Below the pieces are notes generated by a model. It was given only the letters and a program-made list of their open reading frames with translations. It did not search any database and was not told the origin of the DNA. A DNA stretch of 64,000 nt, taken from positions 736,001 to 800,000 of the forward strand of contig CAXXSL010000016.1 in assembly GCA_963675525.2 (NCBI GenBank). Direction: 5' to 3'. How positions within the stretch are numbered: position 1 is the first letter of the stretch; the number at the start of each line of letters is the position of its first letter. Below are positions 30,877-41,042 of this stretch, one piece after another. Both the position numbers and the translations under genes were made by a program. The stretch is from Anaerohalosphaeraceae bacterium. GTDB lineage: Bacteria > Planctomycetota > Phycisphaerae > Sedimentisphaerales > Anaerohalosphaeraceae.

Positions 30877-32220
30877 ATGAAACGCGAGCAACTTGAAGTA
30901 TTCAAACAATGGTTTACTGAATATGTGCGTCCGTTTTATACCACCGACGATGAGTTTCTGAATCAAAATATTCAGCTCAAGGAATGTCACACACATCGGG
31001 TTTGTAACGAAATGCGGCAACTGGCGGCGGCATTGAAGATGAACGAAACCGATACACTGCTGGCTGAAACGATTGCGCTGTTTCACGATGTCGGACGGTT
31101 TCCGCAATTCAAACAATACCGCACTTACAAGGATACCATCAGCGAAAACCATTGCCTGTTGGCACTGAAAGTGCTGGGCGAACACCGGATGCTGGCAAAT
31201 CTCGATGACGGCGAAAGGGCCGTAGTCGAAAAGGCCGTCGAATTGCATGGTGAAAAAGAATTACCGAAATTGGATGATCGCACATCCCATTTTGCGAAAA
31301 TGATACGCGATGCGGACAAGATTGATATTTTCGAGTTGCTGGTTAAAAACTACCGCATTCTGGCCGAAGAGCCGGAAAAATTTAAGTGGGAAGTGGAATT
31401 TCCCGACACGCCGGAATGTAATCGGGAAATCATCGATGCCGTTTTGAACAATCAACGCATCGGTTATGAAAAACTGAAGACCGTTAATGATGCCAAACTG
31501 CTGCAATTAGGCTGGGTGTTTGATGTTTATTTTGATTATTCGCTAAAGCAAATTTATGACCGCGGCTACCTGCAGGCCATTATTAATTTGCTGCCAAAAA
31601 CGGAGGACGTCAAAAAAGTAACAGGCCACATCCTAACATATACACATGAAAGAATAGGGCGGCCTGAGTTAATGTCGGACAAACGATATAACGATAAGAT
31701 CGAAAAGCTGCGAAACCCCGAACGGATTGCGCGTTATGAAATGGATCGCATGATGCAAACATGCCTTAATGGGATTGAGACCAAAAGCGTGCTGGATGTC
31801 GGAACGGGATCGGGCTTGTTCGCTGAAGCGTTTTTTAAAAAGGGCCTGGTCGTCGCCGGGGCGGATGTAAATCCGGAGATGATCGCCGCGGCCAAGGATT
31901 TCGTGCCGACAGGGCGGTTTGAAATCGCTCCCGCGGAAAAAATGCCGTTTAAGGACTGGTCCTTCGACCTTGTCTTTATGGCGAATGTCTTTCACGAGGT
32001 CGATGATCATGTCCAAACACTGCTGGAGGCCAAACGCATCGCCGTCAAGCGAATCGCCATTTTGGAATATCCGCACAAAGAACAGCCATTCGGCCCGCCG
32101 ATGCATCACCGGCTTAAACCCGAACAGATTAGAGACTTCGCAAAACAGGCCGGTCTGGAGACCCTGAAAATTGTTGAACTGACAAATGTCAACTTATATT
32201 TAATGGACATATCGTCATGA
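30877..32220 (+). CDS. HD-domain protein fused to a class I SAM-dependent methyltransferase
   Basis: HT.RV, ALFHDVGRF, RDADK; then VLDVGTGSG, FDLVFMANVFHE. Confidence 0.82.
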   Translation: MKREQLEVFKQWFTEYVRPFYTTDDEFLNQNIQLKECHTHRVCNEMRQLAAALKMNETDTLLAETIALFHDVGRFPQFKQYRTYKDTISENHCLLALKVLGEHRMLANLDDGERAVVEKAVELHGEKELPKLDDRTSHFAKMIRDADKIDIFELLVKNYRILAEEPEKFKWEVEFPDTPECNREIIDAVLNNQRIGYEKLKTVNDAKLLQLGWVFDVYFDYSLKQIYDRGYLQAIINLLPKTEDVKKVTGHILTYTHERIGRPELMSDKRYNDKIEKLRNPERIARYEMDRMMQTCLNGIETKSVLDVGTGSGLFAEAFFKKGLVVAGADVNPEMIAAAKDFVPTGRFEIAPAEKMPFKDWSFDLVFMANVFHEVDDHVQTLLEAKRIAVKRIAILEYPHKEQPFGPPMHHRLKPEQIRDFAKQAGLETLKIVELTNVNLYLMDISS

Positions 32221-32984
32221 AAAAATCGAACGGGTTCAAAGATACCGTTGTGATCGTCACTGGCGGCGGACAGGGCATCGGGTTGTGCATCGCGCAAACA
32301 TTTTTGCGGGCCGGAGCCAGTGTGGTCATCGCCGAACATAACGCCGCGTTACAACTGAAAGCCGAGGCGTTCCTCAATGCCGGCGACATGCTGTTATTCT
32401 CAGTGACGGACGTGTCATCGGAAACATCTGTGCAGTCGATGGTCGAGGATACTGTTCGGCGATTTGGCCGGATCGATTTTTTAATTCACAATGCGGCTAA
32501 AGCCTGCAATGAACCGATTGACACGTTGACGTTTGATCAATGGCAACTGGTACTCGGCGTCAATCTATCGGGTGCATTTTTATGTGCCAAGCATTGTAAG
32601 ACTCCGCTTGTAGAGAATCACGGGGCCATCGTGAATATTGCCTCGACACGAACATTGATGAGTGAGGCCAACACAGAGGCCTACTCGGCCAGCAAGGGCG
32701 GCATTGTTGCACTGACCCATTCGCTGGCGATGAGTATGACGCCGCACGTTCGCGTTAACTGCATCAGCCCGGGATGGATCGTGACCGACGCCTATCAGCA
32801 CGGTGCCTCGCATACGAAGCTGTCCGATGAAGACCATGCCCAGCATCCGGCAGGGCAGGTCGGCCGGCCCGAAGACATCGCCGAAATGGCCCTGTACCTG
32901 TGTTCGGACAAGGCAGGCTTTATCACCGGACAAAACTTCATCATCGACGGCGGTATGACCAAAAAAATGATTTATAGTGAATAA
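32217..32984 (+). CDS. SDR family oxidoreductase
   Basis: TGGGQGIG, YSASKGG, VNCISPG. Confidence 0.92.
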   Translation: MKKSNGFKDTVVIVTGGGQGIGLCIAQTFLRAGASVVIAEHNAALQLKAEAFLNAGDMLLFSVTDVSSETSVQSMVEDTVRRFGRIDFLIHNAAKACNEPIDTLTFDQWQLVLGVNLSGAFLCAKHCKTPLVENHGAIVNIASTRTLMSEANTEAYSASKGGIVALTHSLAMSMTPHVRVNCISPGWIVTDAYQHGASHTKLSDEDHAQHPAGQVGRPEDIAEMALYLCSDKAGFITGQNFIIDGGMTKKMIYSE

Positions 32985-32994
32985 GGAATAAACC

Positions 32995-33705
32995 GTGGAA
33001 CCATTACAGCTTTGCATCGTTTGGTATGTCGTATTTGTTTTCTCAACGGTGTTTCATGAGTTTTCACATGCGATGGTGGCGTATAAGTTCGGGGACCGGA
33101 CTGCGGCGCATCACGGACTGGTGACGCTGAATCCGGTTCCGCATATTCAGCGGTCGCCCGTTGGGATGCTGGTCGTGCCGCTGTTGAGTTTTGTTCACAT
33201 GCACTGGATGATCGGCTGGGCGAGTGTGCCGTACGATCCGTACTGGGCACATCGGTATCCGAAGCAGGCTGCCCTGATGGGTCTGGCCGGACCGGCGGCA
33301 AACCTGGCGCTGGTCATTGTCGCGGGCATTTTGATTCATCTCGGGATTTCGGCGGGAATATTCCATGCACCGGAATCGATCGGTTTTACACGAGTGGTTG
33401 AGGCCAATGCCGATGGTTTGCAGAAAGGACTGGCGATCCTGGTCAGCATCCTGTTTACACTGAATCTGCTGTTGTGCGTGTTCAACCTGATCCCGATCAC
33501 ACCGCTGGACGGCACGGCACTGGCGGAATTTATCCTGCAGGGTGAAATTCTGCATAAATACCGGGCTTTGATGACGCACCCGACGGTTCGCATGTTCGGC
33601 ATTTTTATTGCTTGGTATGTTATCGGTTTTATATATAGCCCGATTCATTTGTTTGCGCTGAATACTCTTTATTTCTTCCGTGGAATCAGCTATGGAACTC
33701 AATAA
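32995..33705 (+). CDS. Site-2 protease (M50)
   Basis: HEFSH, AGPAAN, FNLIPITPLDG; GTG start. Confidence 0.9.
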   Translation: MEPLQLCIVWYVVFVFSTVFHEFSHAMVAYKFGDRTAAHHGLVTLNPVPHIQRSPVGMLVVPLLSFVHMHWMIGWASVPYDPYWAHRYPKQAALMGLAGPAANLALVIVAGILIHLGISAGIFHAPESIGFTRVVEANADGLQKGLAILVSILFTLNLLLCVFNLIPITPLDGTALAEFILQGEILHKYRALMTHPTVRMFGIFIAWYVIGFIYSPIHLFALNTLYFFRGISYGTQ

Positions 33706-34420
33706 ATACGAATATGAATCGGTTATTTTTGGTTACCATCGCGGCCGTGTATTTGCGGAAAACAAAAAAGCCGCCAGAGCCATTCTTTCACAATATCAAC
33801 TCCCCACTTGTCGTTTGTGGAAATATGGCACTAAGCCTTGGTTTGACAATACAGTTGGAACCGGTGGCATGGCTTATTCTCCGAATCTGTTTGAAAAAAT
33901 ATCCGAATCAGATGATTTTATTCTATACAAAACAACTCGCTTATGGCCACGCGTCCTTGGCGGTATCTTAATGGTTGCCGGAATTGCAATTTTTGCCATT
34001 TCAATCTCCTCCGCCCCTATAATTGGTATTCCAGCGTTATTGTTATTGGGGGCAGGGGGTTATTGTATGTTGGCAGGCAATACCTGGATAAAAATTGACA
34101 AAAAAAACCTCACCATTTCACTTTTAACAAAAATTTGGCCGTCATTTTACACTCAAAAGAGAACTCTCGATTGCCATCTCGCAAAAAGTTTCAAGATAAC
34201 TCAAGAATATTTTTTCACACATGATTATGCTTTGTATTGCCTGCTTGCGGTTTTTGATGAGATCGAAATCGTCGTCACTGCTAACAGCTCAAAAAATGAT
34301 ATCCTTCAAACAGGCGATGATATTTCCTCGTTTTTAGGGATCCCTCTATCGGCTGATTTGCGCCCAAACGAGTTGATGCTTGGCGGCAAGCTACGAAAGA
34401 AATCCCGGAGGCCATGGTAG
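33692..34420 (+). CDS. Hypothetical membrane protein
   Basis: Long AT-rich ORF with two TM segments. Confidence 0.6.
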   Translation: MELNKYEYESVIFGYHRGRVFAENKKAARAILSQYQLPTCRLWKYGTKPWFDNTVGTGGMAYSPNLFEKISESDDFILYKTTRLWPRVLGGILMVAGIAIFAISISSAPIIGIPALLLLGAGGYCMLAGNTWIKIDKKNLTISLLTKIWPSFYTQKRTLDCHLAKSFKITQEYFFTHDYALYCLLAVFDEIEIVVTANSSKNDILQTGDDISSFLGIPLSADLRPNELMLGGKLRKKSRRPW

Positions 34421-34507
34421 AATCACATTTCTTCGAATAAGATTCAGTATTGCCGGAAGGGCGATTTCAGGGTACAATGAGGCCAAAGTCGTTTTTTGGA
34501 GTCATTC

Positions 34508-35455
34508 ATGCGGACACGAAAACTGGGACAAACGGATTTGGAGCTGACGGTCATCGGGCTGGGAACCTGGGCCATTGGCGGGCCGTGGCAGTACGGCTGG
34601 GGGCCGCAGGACGACGCCGAATCGGTACGGACAATTCTCGCGGCAGTCGATGCGGGCATCAACTGGCTCGATACGGCCCCGATCTACGGCTGCGGGCATT
34701 CGGAGGAAGTCGTCGGCAGGGCACTCAAACAAATGTCTCGAAAGCCGCTGATCGCGACGAAGTGCGGCCAGTTGTGGAATGATAAACGCGAAAAAATCCG
34801 TTGTCTGGACCCCAGCAGTATTATGAAGGAATGTGAAGACAGCCTTAAACGCCTAGGCGTTGACGTGATCGACCTGTACCAGATACATTGGCCGCAGCCG
34901 GACCAGCAGCTCGAAGAGGGCTGGGGGGCGATGGCGTCATTGGTCCAGCAGGGCAAAGTGCGGCATATCGGCGCATCCAATTTCACCGTCGCCCAACTTG
35001 AGCGGGTCGGAAAAATTCACCCGGTCGCCAGTTTGCAGCCGCCGTATAGTATGCTTAGGCGGGGTATCGAAGAAAATTTACTGCCGTACTGTGGCCAGCA
35101 CAAAATCGGTATCGTTGTCTACAGTCCCATGCAGAAGGGCCTTTTAACCGGCAAGTTCACCAAAGAACACATGCAGACATTGGCGCCGGATGACCACCGC
35201 CACGGTGACCCAAATTTTATCGGTGATAAATTTGAACAAAATCTGAAAATTGTCGACGCCTTACGGCTAATTGCCGAACGAAACGGAAAAACCGTGGCGC
35301 AGTTAGCCATCGCCTGGGTCTTGCGAAAAGAAGAAGTTACTGCCGCGATTGTCGGCGCACGAAAACAAAAACAAATCGAAGAAACTGTCCTGGCCGGAAA
35401 CTGGGTACTGGATGAAGAAGACATAAAAAAAATTGAAAGCGTGCTGGCAGGATAG
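34508..35455 (+). CDS. Aldo/keto reductase
   Basis: GLGTW, DTAPIYG, IATKCG, IDLYQIHWP, YSPMQKGLL. Confidence 0.93.
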   Translation: MRTRKLGQTDLELTVIGLGTWAIGGPWQYGWGPQDDAESVRTILAAVDAGINWLDTAPIYGCGHSEEVVGRALKQMSRKPLIATKCGQLWNDKREKIRCLDPSSIMKECEDSLKRLGVDVIDLYQIHWPQPDQQLEEGWGAMASLVQQGKVRHIGASNFTVAQLERVGKIHPVASLQPPYSMLRRGIEENLLPYCGQHKIGIVVYSPMQKGLLTGKFTKEHMQTLAPDDHRHGDPNFIGDKFEQNLKIVDALRLIAERNGKTVAQLAIAWVLRKEEVTAAIVGARKQKQIEETVLAGNWVLDEEDIKKIESVLAG

Positions 35456-35458
35456 GGT

Positions 35459-35527
35459 TTAAATCCGAAGCTCGAAATTCTAAATCCGAAACAAATTCAA
35501 ATGACCAAAGAACAAAATTCAAAACAA
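35459..35527 (+). repeat. Left arm, 7-nt-periodic inverted repeat
   Basis: aaatccg aagctcg aaattct aaatccg aaacaaa..., complementary to 35860-35917. Confidence 0.75.
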
Positions 35528-35859
35528 TACGATCTGGAAGAGCGAACTTTCATGTTTGCGAATAATGTTAGGACGCTGATACGAAAATTGGACAAAGATA
35601 TAATTACCGTTGAAAACAGCTTATCAGATCCTCCGGATCAGTAGGCGCAAATTATATCGAAGCCAATGAATCTTTAAGCAAAAAAGATTTTTTAATGCGT
35701 ATAAAAATATCGCGGAAAGAAGCCAAGGAAAGTACATACTGGTTGAAAATGCTTTATATTAATGGGGATTTGAAATTAGATGACATGAGAAATAATCTCG
35801 TTCAGGAATCCATAGAGTTAACCAATATTTTCGGTGCAATTTTAAGGAAGAGCCAGTAG
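35501..35859 (+). pseudogene. Four-helix-bundle (23S-IVS protein / bAvd-like) gene with a frameshift near 35612
   Basis: Manual translation MTKEQNSKQYDLEERTFMFA...; -1 frame continues KQLIRSSGSVGANYIEANESLSKKDFLMRIKISRKEAKESTYWL...KSQ*. Confidence 0.85.
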
Positions 35860-35917
35860 GTTTTAATTTTGAATTTCGGGTTTGTTTCGAGTTTCGATAT
35901 TCGTATTTCGAATTTAA
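35860..35917 (-). repeat. Right arm, 7-nt-periodic inverted repeat
   Basis: Reverse complement ttaaattcgaaatacgaatatcgaaactcgaaacaaacccgaa aligns with the left arm. Confidence 0.75.
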
Positions 35918-35941
35918 TCACTTAATAACAGGATAGATACG

Positions 35942-37375
35942 ATGGCAAAGGACACGACAAATTATGCAAGTCCGCTGGTAGAGCGGAATGCGTCGAAAGA
36001 GATGGCCGCGTTGTTCGGGCCGAACAAAAAATTCTCAACTTGGCGCAGGCTGTGGCTGGAACTGGCGAGAGGCCAGCAAAAACTGGGTTTGCAGATTACC
36101 AACGTCCAGCTCAAAGAGATGCAAAAGCATCTGGACGATATCGATTACAAAAAGGCCGCGGCGTATGAAAAGAAATTCCGCCATGATGTGATGGCGCACG
36201 TACATACGTTTGGAGATGTTGCGCCAAAAGCCGCACCGATCATTCATCTCGGCGCAACAAGCTGTTACGTCGGCGACAATGCCGACTTAATTATCATGCG
36301 AGAAGGGATGAAATTGTTGGCAGGTAAATTGGCAGCGCTGATCGACCGGCTGGGCAAGTTCGCCAAACAATACCGCTCCATGCCCGCGCTGGGCTTTACG
36401 CATTATCAGCCCGCACAGTTAACCACCGTCGGCAAACGCGCAACATTGTGGTGTTACGATTTCGCGATGGACTTGGCCGACATGGAACGGCGCATCGAAA
36501 CCATCCCGTTCCGCGGCGTCAAGGGTACGACCGGCACACAGGCGTCATTTTTGGCGCTGTTCGACGGCAATCACACCAAGGTGAAAAAACTCGACGAAAT
36601 AGTCGCCAAGGCATTCGGCTTTAAACATCGCTGTGCAGTTACGGGTCAGACCTATCCGCGCAAGATTGACAAACTCGTCGTCGACACGCTGGCATCGGTA
36701 GCCCAATCGGCGCATAAGATGTGCAACGATATTCGCTTGCTGGCCAATCTGAAGGAAATTGAAGAGCCGTTTGAAAAATCGCAGATCGGTTCGTCGGCCA
36801 TGGCGTACAAACGCAACCCGATGCGGTGCGAACGCACAACGGGACTGGCCCGGCTGGTGATGAGCCTGGCGTCCAGCCCGACAATGACCGCCGCTGAACA
36901 ATGGCTGGAGCGCACGCTGGACGACTCGGCCAATCGGCGCATCAGCATTGCCGAGGCATTTTTGGCAACGGACGGCATTCTGGAAATTTTGATTAACGTC
37001 GCTTCCGGCATGGTCGTCTATCCGAAGGTGATCGCCGCACGCGTGATGAGTGAACTGCCCTTTATGGCAACAGAAAATATCATGATGGCGGGCGTTCAGG
37101 CCGGCGGCAACCGGCAGGACCTGCACGAAAAAATTCGCGTGCATTCCCACGCCGCCGCCGCACAGGTCAAACAGCACGGTAAAGAAAATGACCTGCTCGA
37201 ACGGCTCAAAAATGACCCGGTGTTTGCAAAAGTAGATTTGAAAAAGGTCATGAACCCGAAAGCCTACATTGGCAGGGCTCCCGAACAGGTCAACGAATTC
37301 ATCGCCGAAGTCGTCGCCCCCGTCCGGCGTAAATACAAAAAAGAACTCAATAAAAAAGTAGAACTGAAAGTATGA
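35942..37375 (+). CDS. purB: Adenylosuccinate lyase
   Basis: [32 protein letters not shown]. Confidence 0.95.
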   Translation: MAKDTTNYASPLVERNASKEMAALFGPNKKFSTWRRLWLELARGQQKLGLQITNVQLKEMQKHLDDIDYKKAAAYEKKFRHDVMAHVHTFGDVAPKAAPIIHLGATSCYVGDNADLIIMREGMKLLAGKLAALIDRLGKFAKQYRSMPALGFTHYQPAQLTTVGKRATLWCYDFAMDLADMERRIETIPFRGVKGTTGTQASFLALFDGNHTKVKKLDEIVAKAFGFKHRCAVTGQTYPRKIDKLVVDTLASVAQSAHKMCNDIRLLANLKEIEEPFEKSQIGSSAMAYKRNPMRCERTTGLARLVMSLASSPTMTAAEQWLERTLDDSANRRISIAEAFLATDGILEILINVASGMVVYPKVIAARVMSELPFMATENIMMAGVQAGGNRQDLHEKIRVHSHAAAAQVKQHGKENDLLERLKNDPVFAKVDLKKVMNPKAYIGRAPEQVNEFIAEVVAPVRRKYKKELNKKVELKV

Positions 37376-38313
37376 TGTCAAAATCATATACAATACTTAT
37401 CGTTTTAATATGCGCCGTGGTTTGCTTGTTTTTTCAACCCGGCTGTATCACACAATGCAAATGTCCGGAGAATATCAAGACCGAAGGCATTATTGCGCCG
37501 GGTGCGACCCTGCAGGAAATTTCGACCGCGTTTACATTCACCGAAGGGCCGGCGGCCGATGCGGCGGGTAACGTGTATTTTACGGACCAGCCCAATAATC
37601 GGATTATGATTTACACGGTTGACGGCCGGATTGAAACGTTCCTGCAGCCGGCAGGGCGGTCCAATGGGTTGTATTTCGACGAACAGGGAAACCTGATCGC
37701 CTGTGCAGACGAAAACAACGAACTGTGGCAGATCGATATCAAGACCGGAACGCATAAAGTCCTGGCCCATCTGTATAATGGAAAACGTCTGAACGAGCCC
37801 AATGATACCTGGGTCCGGCCGAGAAAAAATGGGCTTTATTTTACTGACCCGTTTCATCAACGACCCTGGTGGACGCATTACGCACCGACACAGGATGTGC
37901 AGGGCGTTTATTTTCTTTCGCCCGATGGGACACTGGTCCGTGTCATCGCCGATCTCGAAGTGCCCAACGGCATTATCGGTACGCCGGACGGAAAGACGCT
38001 CTATGTCTCCGACCGCGGGGCCAATAAAACATATGTGTACGCCATTGAACCGAACGGGACGCTGAGCGGCAAAAAACTGTTCTGCGACATGGGCTCCGAC
38101 GGCATGACGGTCGACTGCTGCGGCAATGTGTATTTGACGAACGACAAGGGTGTAACCGTTTTCAACCCGGCGGGAAAGCAGACTGAGCAAATCAAAATCC
38201 CGCAGCGCTGGACCGCAAATGTGACCTTTGCGGGAAAGAATCGAAAAACCCTGTTCATCACCGCCAGTCCCGGAATTTACACGTTACAAATGAATGTGAC
38301 CGGTGTAAAATAA
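37372..38313 (+). CDS. SMP-30/gluconolactonase family protein
   Basis: TEGP, FTD, SNGL, PND, PNG, DGMTVD; signal/lipoprotein leader. Confidence 0.9.
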   Translation: MMSKSYTILIVLICAVVCLFFQPGCITQCKCPENIKTEGIIAPGATLQEISTAFTFTEGPAADAAGNVYFTDQPNNRIMIYTVDGRIETFLQPAGRSNGLYFDEQGNLIACADENNELWQIDIKTGTHKVLAHLYNGKRLNEPNDTWVRPRKNGLYFTDPFHQRPWWTHYAPTQDVQGVYFLSPDGTLVRVIADLEVPNGIIGTPDGKTLYVSDRGANKTYVYAIEPNGTLSGKKLFCDMGSDGMTVDCCGNVYLTNDKGVTVFNPAGKQTEQIKIPQRWTANVTFAGKNRKTLFITASPGIYTLQMNVTGVK

Positions 38314-38351
38314 TTTAATATTCAACATCAACCTTTATTTTGGAGTGACCT

Positions 38352-38876
38352 GTGGACAAGCAGCAATTAACAGCACGGATTAAGGAAGTGTCGTACCTGG
38401 AAGGTGATTTTCTTCTGCGCAGCGGCAAACGCAGTAAATATTATATGGATAAGTACCTGTTCGAAACGCAGCCGGATGTCCTGCGGCAGTTGGGTGTCGA
38501 ATTCGGCAAACATCTGACCGACGACGTCACGCTCATCGCCGGGGCGGAACTGGGCGGCGTGGCGCTGGCAGCGGCAACAGCCATGCAAGCCAACAAGCCC
38601 TGGATTATCATCCGCAACAGCAAAAAAGATTACGGCACCAGCAAAATGGTCGAAGGCGTGCTCAAGGCGGGCGATGTCGTGCTGCTGGTCGAAGATATCG
38701 CCACTACGGGTGGACAGGTCCTCGAAGCGGCTAAGATCATCGCCGAAGCCGGGGCAACAGTTAAAAAGATCGTTTGTGTGATCGACCGCAAGCAGGGCGG
38801 TCGCGAAAACATCGAAGGCGCTGGTTATGCCTTTGACAGCATCATCACCAAAGAAGATCTGGGTATTACCGACTAA
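38352..38876 (+). CDS. pyrE: Orotate phosphoribosyltransferase
   Basis: GDFLLRSGKRSKYY.DK, VEDIATTGG PRPP motif. Confidence 0.92.
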   Translation: MDKQQLTARIKEVSYLEGDFLLRSGKRSKYYMDKYLFETQPDVLRQLGVEFGKHLTDDVTLIAGAELGGVALAAATAMQANKPWIIIRNSKKDYGTSKMVEGVLKAGDVVLLVEDIATTGGQVLEAAKIIAEAGATVKKIVCVIDRKQGGRENIEGAGYAFDSIITKEDLGITD

Positions 38877-38894
38877 AAGAAACAAAACATTAGA

Positions 38895-38938
38895 GCAGAG
38901 ATTTCGGGTAAGGCTCCTGCCCGGGGTCTTGCCTTTTT
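38895..38938 (+). terminator. Probable intrinsic terminator
   Basis: GC-rich imperfect stem plus T-run between convergent pyrE and coaB. Confidence 0.55.
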
Positions 38939-39566
38939 ATATGTTCTGAAGACGAGAAATAATTCGTTTCGCAGATACGGCTTTGGTAGCGTTTTCAAAT
39001 GTCTGCCAGTCGGTGTTTTTGGTTTTGATGTGAATGGTGGACTTATTTGAACCGATGGCGGACGGTTCGTTGGCGACGATCATGTCGAGTTTTTTGGTTT
39101 TCAGTTTTTTCTCCGCATTTGCCAGAAGATTGGTGTCTTCCAATGCGAAGCCAACGATGATTTGCGAGGCCTTTTTGCTCCGCCCGACCCACTTGAGAAC
39201 GTCCATGGTGCGTGCCAGTTTCAGTGTCATGACGGCTTGGTCTTTCTTGATCTTGTACGCGCTGCTGGTGGCGGGCTTGTAATCCGACACCGCCGCGGCC
39301 ATGATCAGGCAATCACATTTTTCAAACTCGGCCTGGACGGTTTTGAACATCTGGCCGCTGGTCACAACATCGATCACCTTTGCCCCTTTTGGCGGGCGCA
39401 GATTGGTTGGGGCAGAAATGAGTGTTACCTTGAATCCGGCTTTAATCGCTGCCGCCGCCAGAGCATACCCCATCCTGCCCGAACTGGCATTGGAAATATA
39501 TCGCACGGGATCAATATATTCGCGTGTCCCGCCGGCAGTAATCAGAATGTTGCATTTTTTTTTCAT
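38937..39566 (-). CDS. coaB: Phosphopantothenate-cysteine ligase (stand-alone CoaB)
   Basis: ITAGGTREYIDPVRYISNASSGRMG, AAAVSDY, GFALE, IVAN. Confidence 0.9.
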   Translation of the reverse strand: MKKKCNILITAGGTREYIDPVRYISNASSGRMGYALAAAAIKAGFKVTLISAPTNLRPPKGAKVIDVVTSGQMFKTVQAEFEKCDCLIMAAAVSDYKPATSSAYKIKKDQAVMTLKLARTMDVLKWVGRSKKASQIIVGFALEDTNLLANAEKKLKTKKLDMIVANEPSAIGSNKSTIHIKTKNTDWQTFENATKAVSAKRIISRLQNI

Positions 39567-39612
39567 GGTGTGTTTTTTCAGCAGGCCGTCAACCTGCCCT
39601 TTGCTTGATAAC

Positions 39613-40176
39613 TTAGAGCCCGGCAATCGCTTCAATGATATCGGCCGGTTCGGCCATGCGACCGATGCCCTCGGTGCCGCAGGCCAGGCGTCCGGCTTCA
39701 GGGCCGATGGTTTTGAATTTCAGTTGCTCCTGTACAATCGCGACATTCCGTTGGACAATCGGGTTGGCCCACATTTGACTGTTCATTGCCGGGGCCAGCA
39801 GCACTTTCTTGTCCCAGCAGGCACACAGGGTCGTACTCAGCAAATCATCGCAAATACCATTGGCCGCTTTGGCGATGATGTCCGCCGTAGCGGGGGCAAC
39901 CACAATCCAATCGGCCCAGTCGGCCAGTTGGATATGGCCTATCTTGAAATCTTCCGGCCGTGTCCACATGCTCGTATAGACCGGTTGGCCCGTCACTGCT
40001 TCCAGCGTCACGGGAGTAATCAGCTTGCAGGCGCTTTCGGTCATGATCGTGCGCACCACCGCCCCGGCACCGGTCAGCTTGCTTGCCAGATCGGCGGCCT
40101 TATACGCAGCGATCCCGCCGGTGATCCCCAGCAGGATTTTTTTGCCGTCAAGTTTTGTCTGTTGCGGAACCATCAA
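39613..40176 (-). CDS. coaC: Phosphopantothenoylcysteine decarboxylase (stand-alone CoaC)
   Basis: GITGGIAAYK, HIQLA, APATA, PAMN, LACGTEGIGRM. Confidence 0.9.
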   Translation of the reverse strand: MMVPQQTKLDGKKILLGITGGIAAYKAADLASKLTGAGAVVRTIMTESACKLITPVTLEAVTGQPVYTSMWTRPEDFKIGHIQLADWADWIVVAPATADIIAKAANGICDDLLSTTLCACWDKKVLLAPAMNSQMWANPIVQRNVAIVQEQLKFKTIGPEAGRLACGTEGIGRMAEPADIIEAIAGL

Positions 40177-40185
40177 TAACGCACG

Positions 40186-40416
40186 TTAGAGCAAATCGGC
40201 CTTCGGCTTGGGCTCATCGCCTGTTTCATCCAGCACAATTTTGCCTTCTTTGATTTCCTGGACAACGATTTCTATCATGGTTTTCCCTTCGGTGTCCTCA
40301 ATTAGGGGCCGACTGCCCTCCATCATTTCAACCATGCGTTTCTGGATCAGGGCCGACAGTTTGAAACGTCCGCCCACTTTGTTGAGTACTTCGTTATTTT
40401 TCAATTCTTCGATCAT
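40186..40416 (-). CDS. rpoZ: RNA polymerase omega subunit
   Basis: [15 protein letters not shown]...EI..GKI; between gmk and coaC. Confidence 0.88.
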   Translation of the reverse strand: MIEELKNNEVLNKVGGRFKLSALIQKRMVEMMEGSRPLIEDTEGKTMIEIVVQEIKEGKIVLDETGDEPKPKADLL

Positions 40417-40418
40417 AT

Positions 40419-41000
40419 TTAATCCTCAATTTTCCCTTCGATTATATCAACAACTTCCTGTACCGCCTGTTCCAGGTCATCATTAACCACCATGTGGTTA
40501 TAATGCTGCCAGGCCGCGGCTATTTCAGAGCTGGCCGTTTCCAGCCTGATTTTTTTGCTGTTTGTATCTTCACCTCTGCCGCGACCGTCAATTCGTGTCT
40601 GCAGTTCTTCTTTTCGCGGCGGCAGCAAAAAGATCATCATGGCGTCAGGGCACTGCTTTTGAACCTGCGTCGCTCCCTGGACGTCGATCTCCAGAATCAC
40701 AACACGTCCTTCTTTCAGCGCTGTCTCAACCGGCTTTCGGGGTGTACCATAATAATTTTCAAAGACCTTGGCATATTCCAGAAAATCGTCTTCTTTGATA
40801 CGTTTTTCAAACTCGTCTTTGGTCAAAAACCAATAATTGGCGCCATCGACCTCCGCGGTGCCTTTCGGGCGGGTCGTTGCCGAAACACTTAAAAAAGCAT
40901 CCAGTTTTTTAACCACTCGATTACAAACCGTACTCTTACCGACGCCGGATGGTCCACTGATGATTACGAGTTTGCCGTTTGTCTCTTGGGTGTCTGTCAT
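40419..41000 (-). CDS. gmk: Guanylate kinase
   Basis: [27 protein letters not shown]. Confidence 0.95.
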   Translation of the reverse strand: MTDTQETNGKLVIISGPSGVGKSTVCNRVVKKLDAFLSVSATTRPKGTAEVDGANYWFLTKDEFEKRIKEDDFLEYAKVFENYYGTPRKPVETALKEGRVVILEIDVQGATQVQKQCPDAMMIFLLPPRKEELQTRIDGRGRGEDTNSKKIRLETASSEIAAAWQHYNHMVVNDDLEQAVQEVVDIIEGKIED

Positions 41001-41042
41001 TTCTTATCTATGATTTAAAAGAATCATACCTGTATTTTCCGT

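Noticed and set aside
35459..35917. Diversity-generating retroelement because of the Avd-like gene
   Set aside because: No reverse transcriptase and no TR/VR pair with A-specific mismatches seen in the window
36545..37393. Long antisense ORFs (this one, 49919-50875, 39301-40179, 19204-19926, 7438-8142)
   Set aside because: Shadow frames of well-supported genes in GC-rich DNA, with no recognisable motifs
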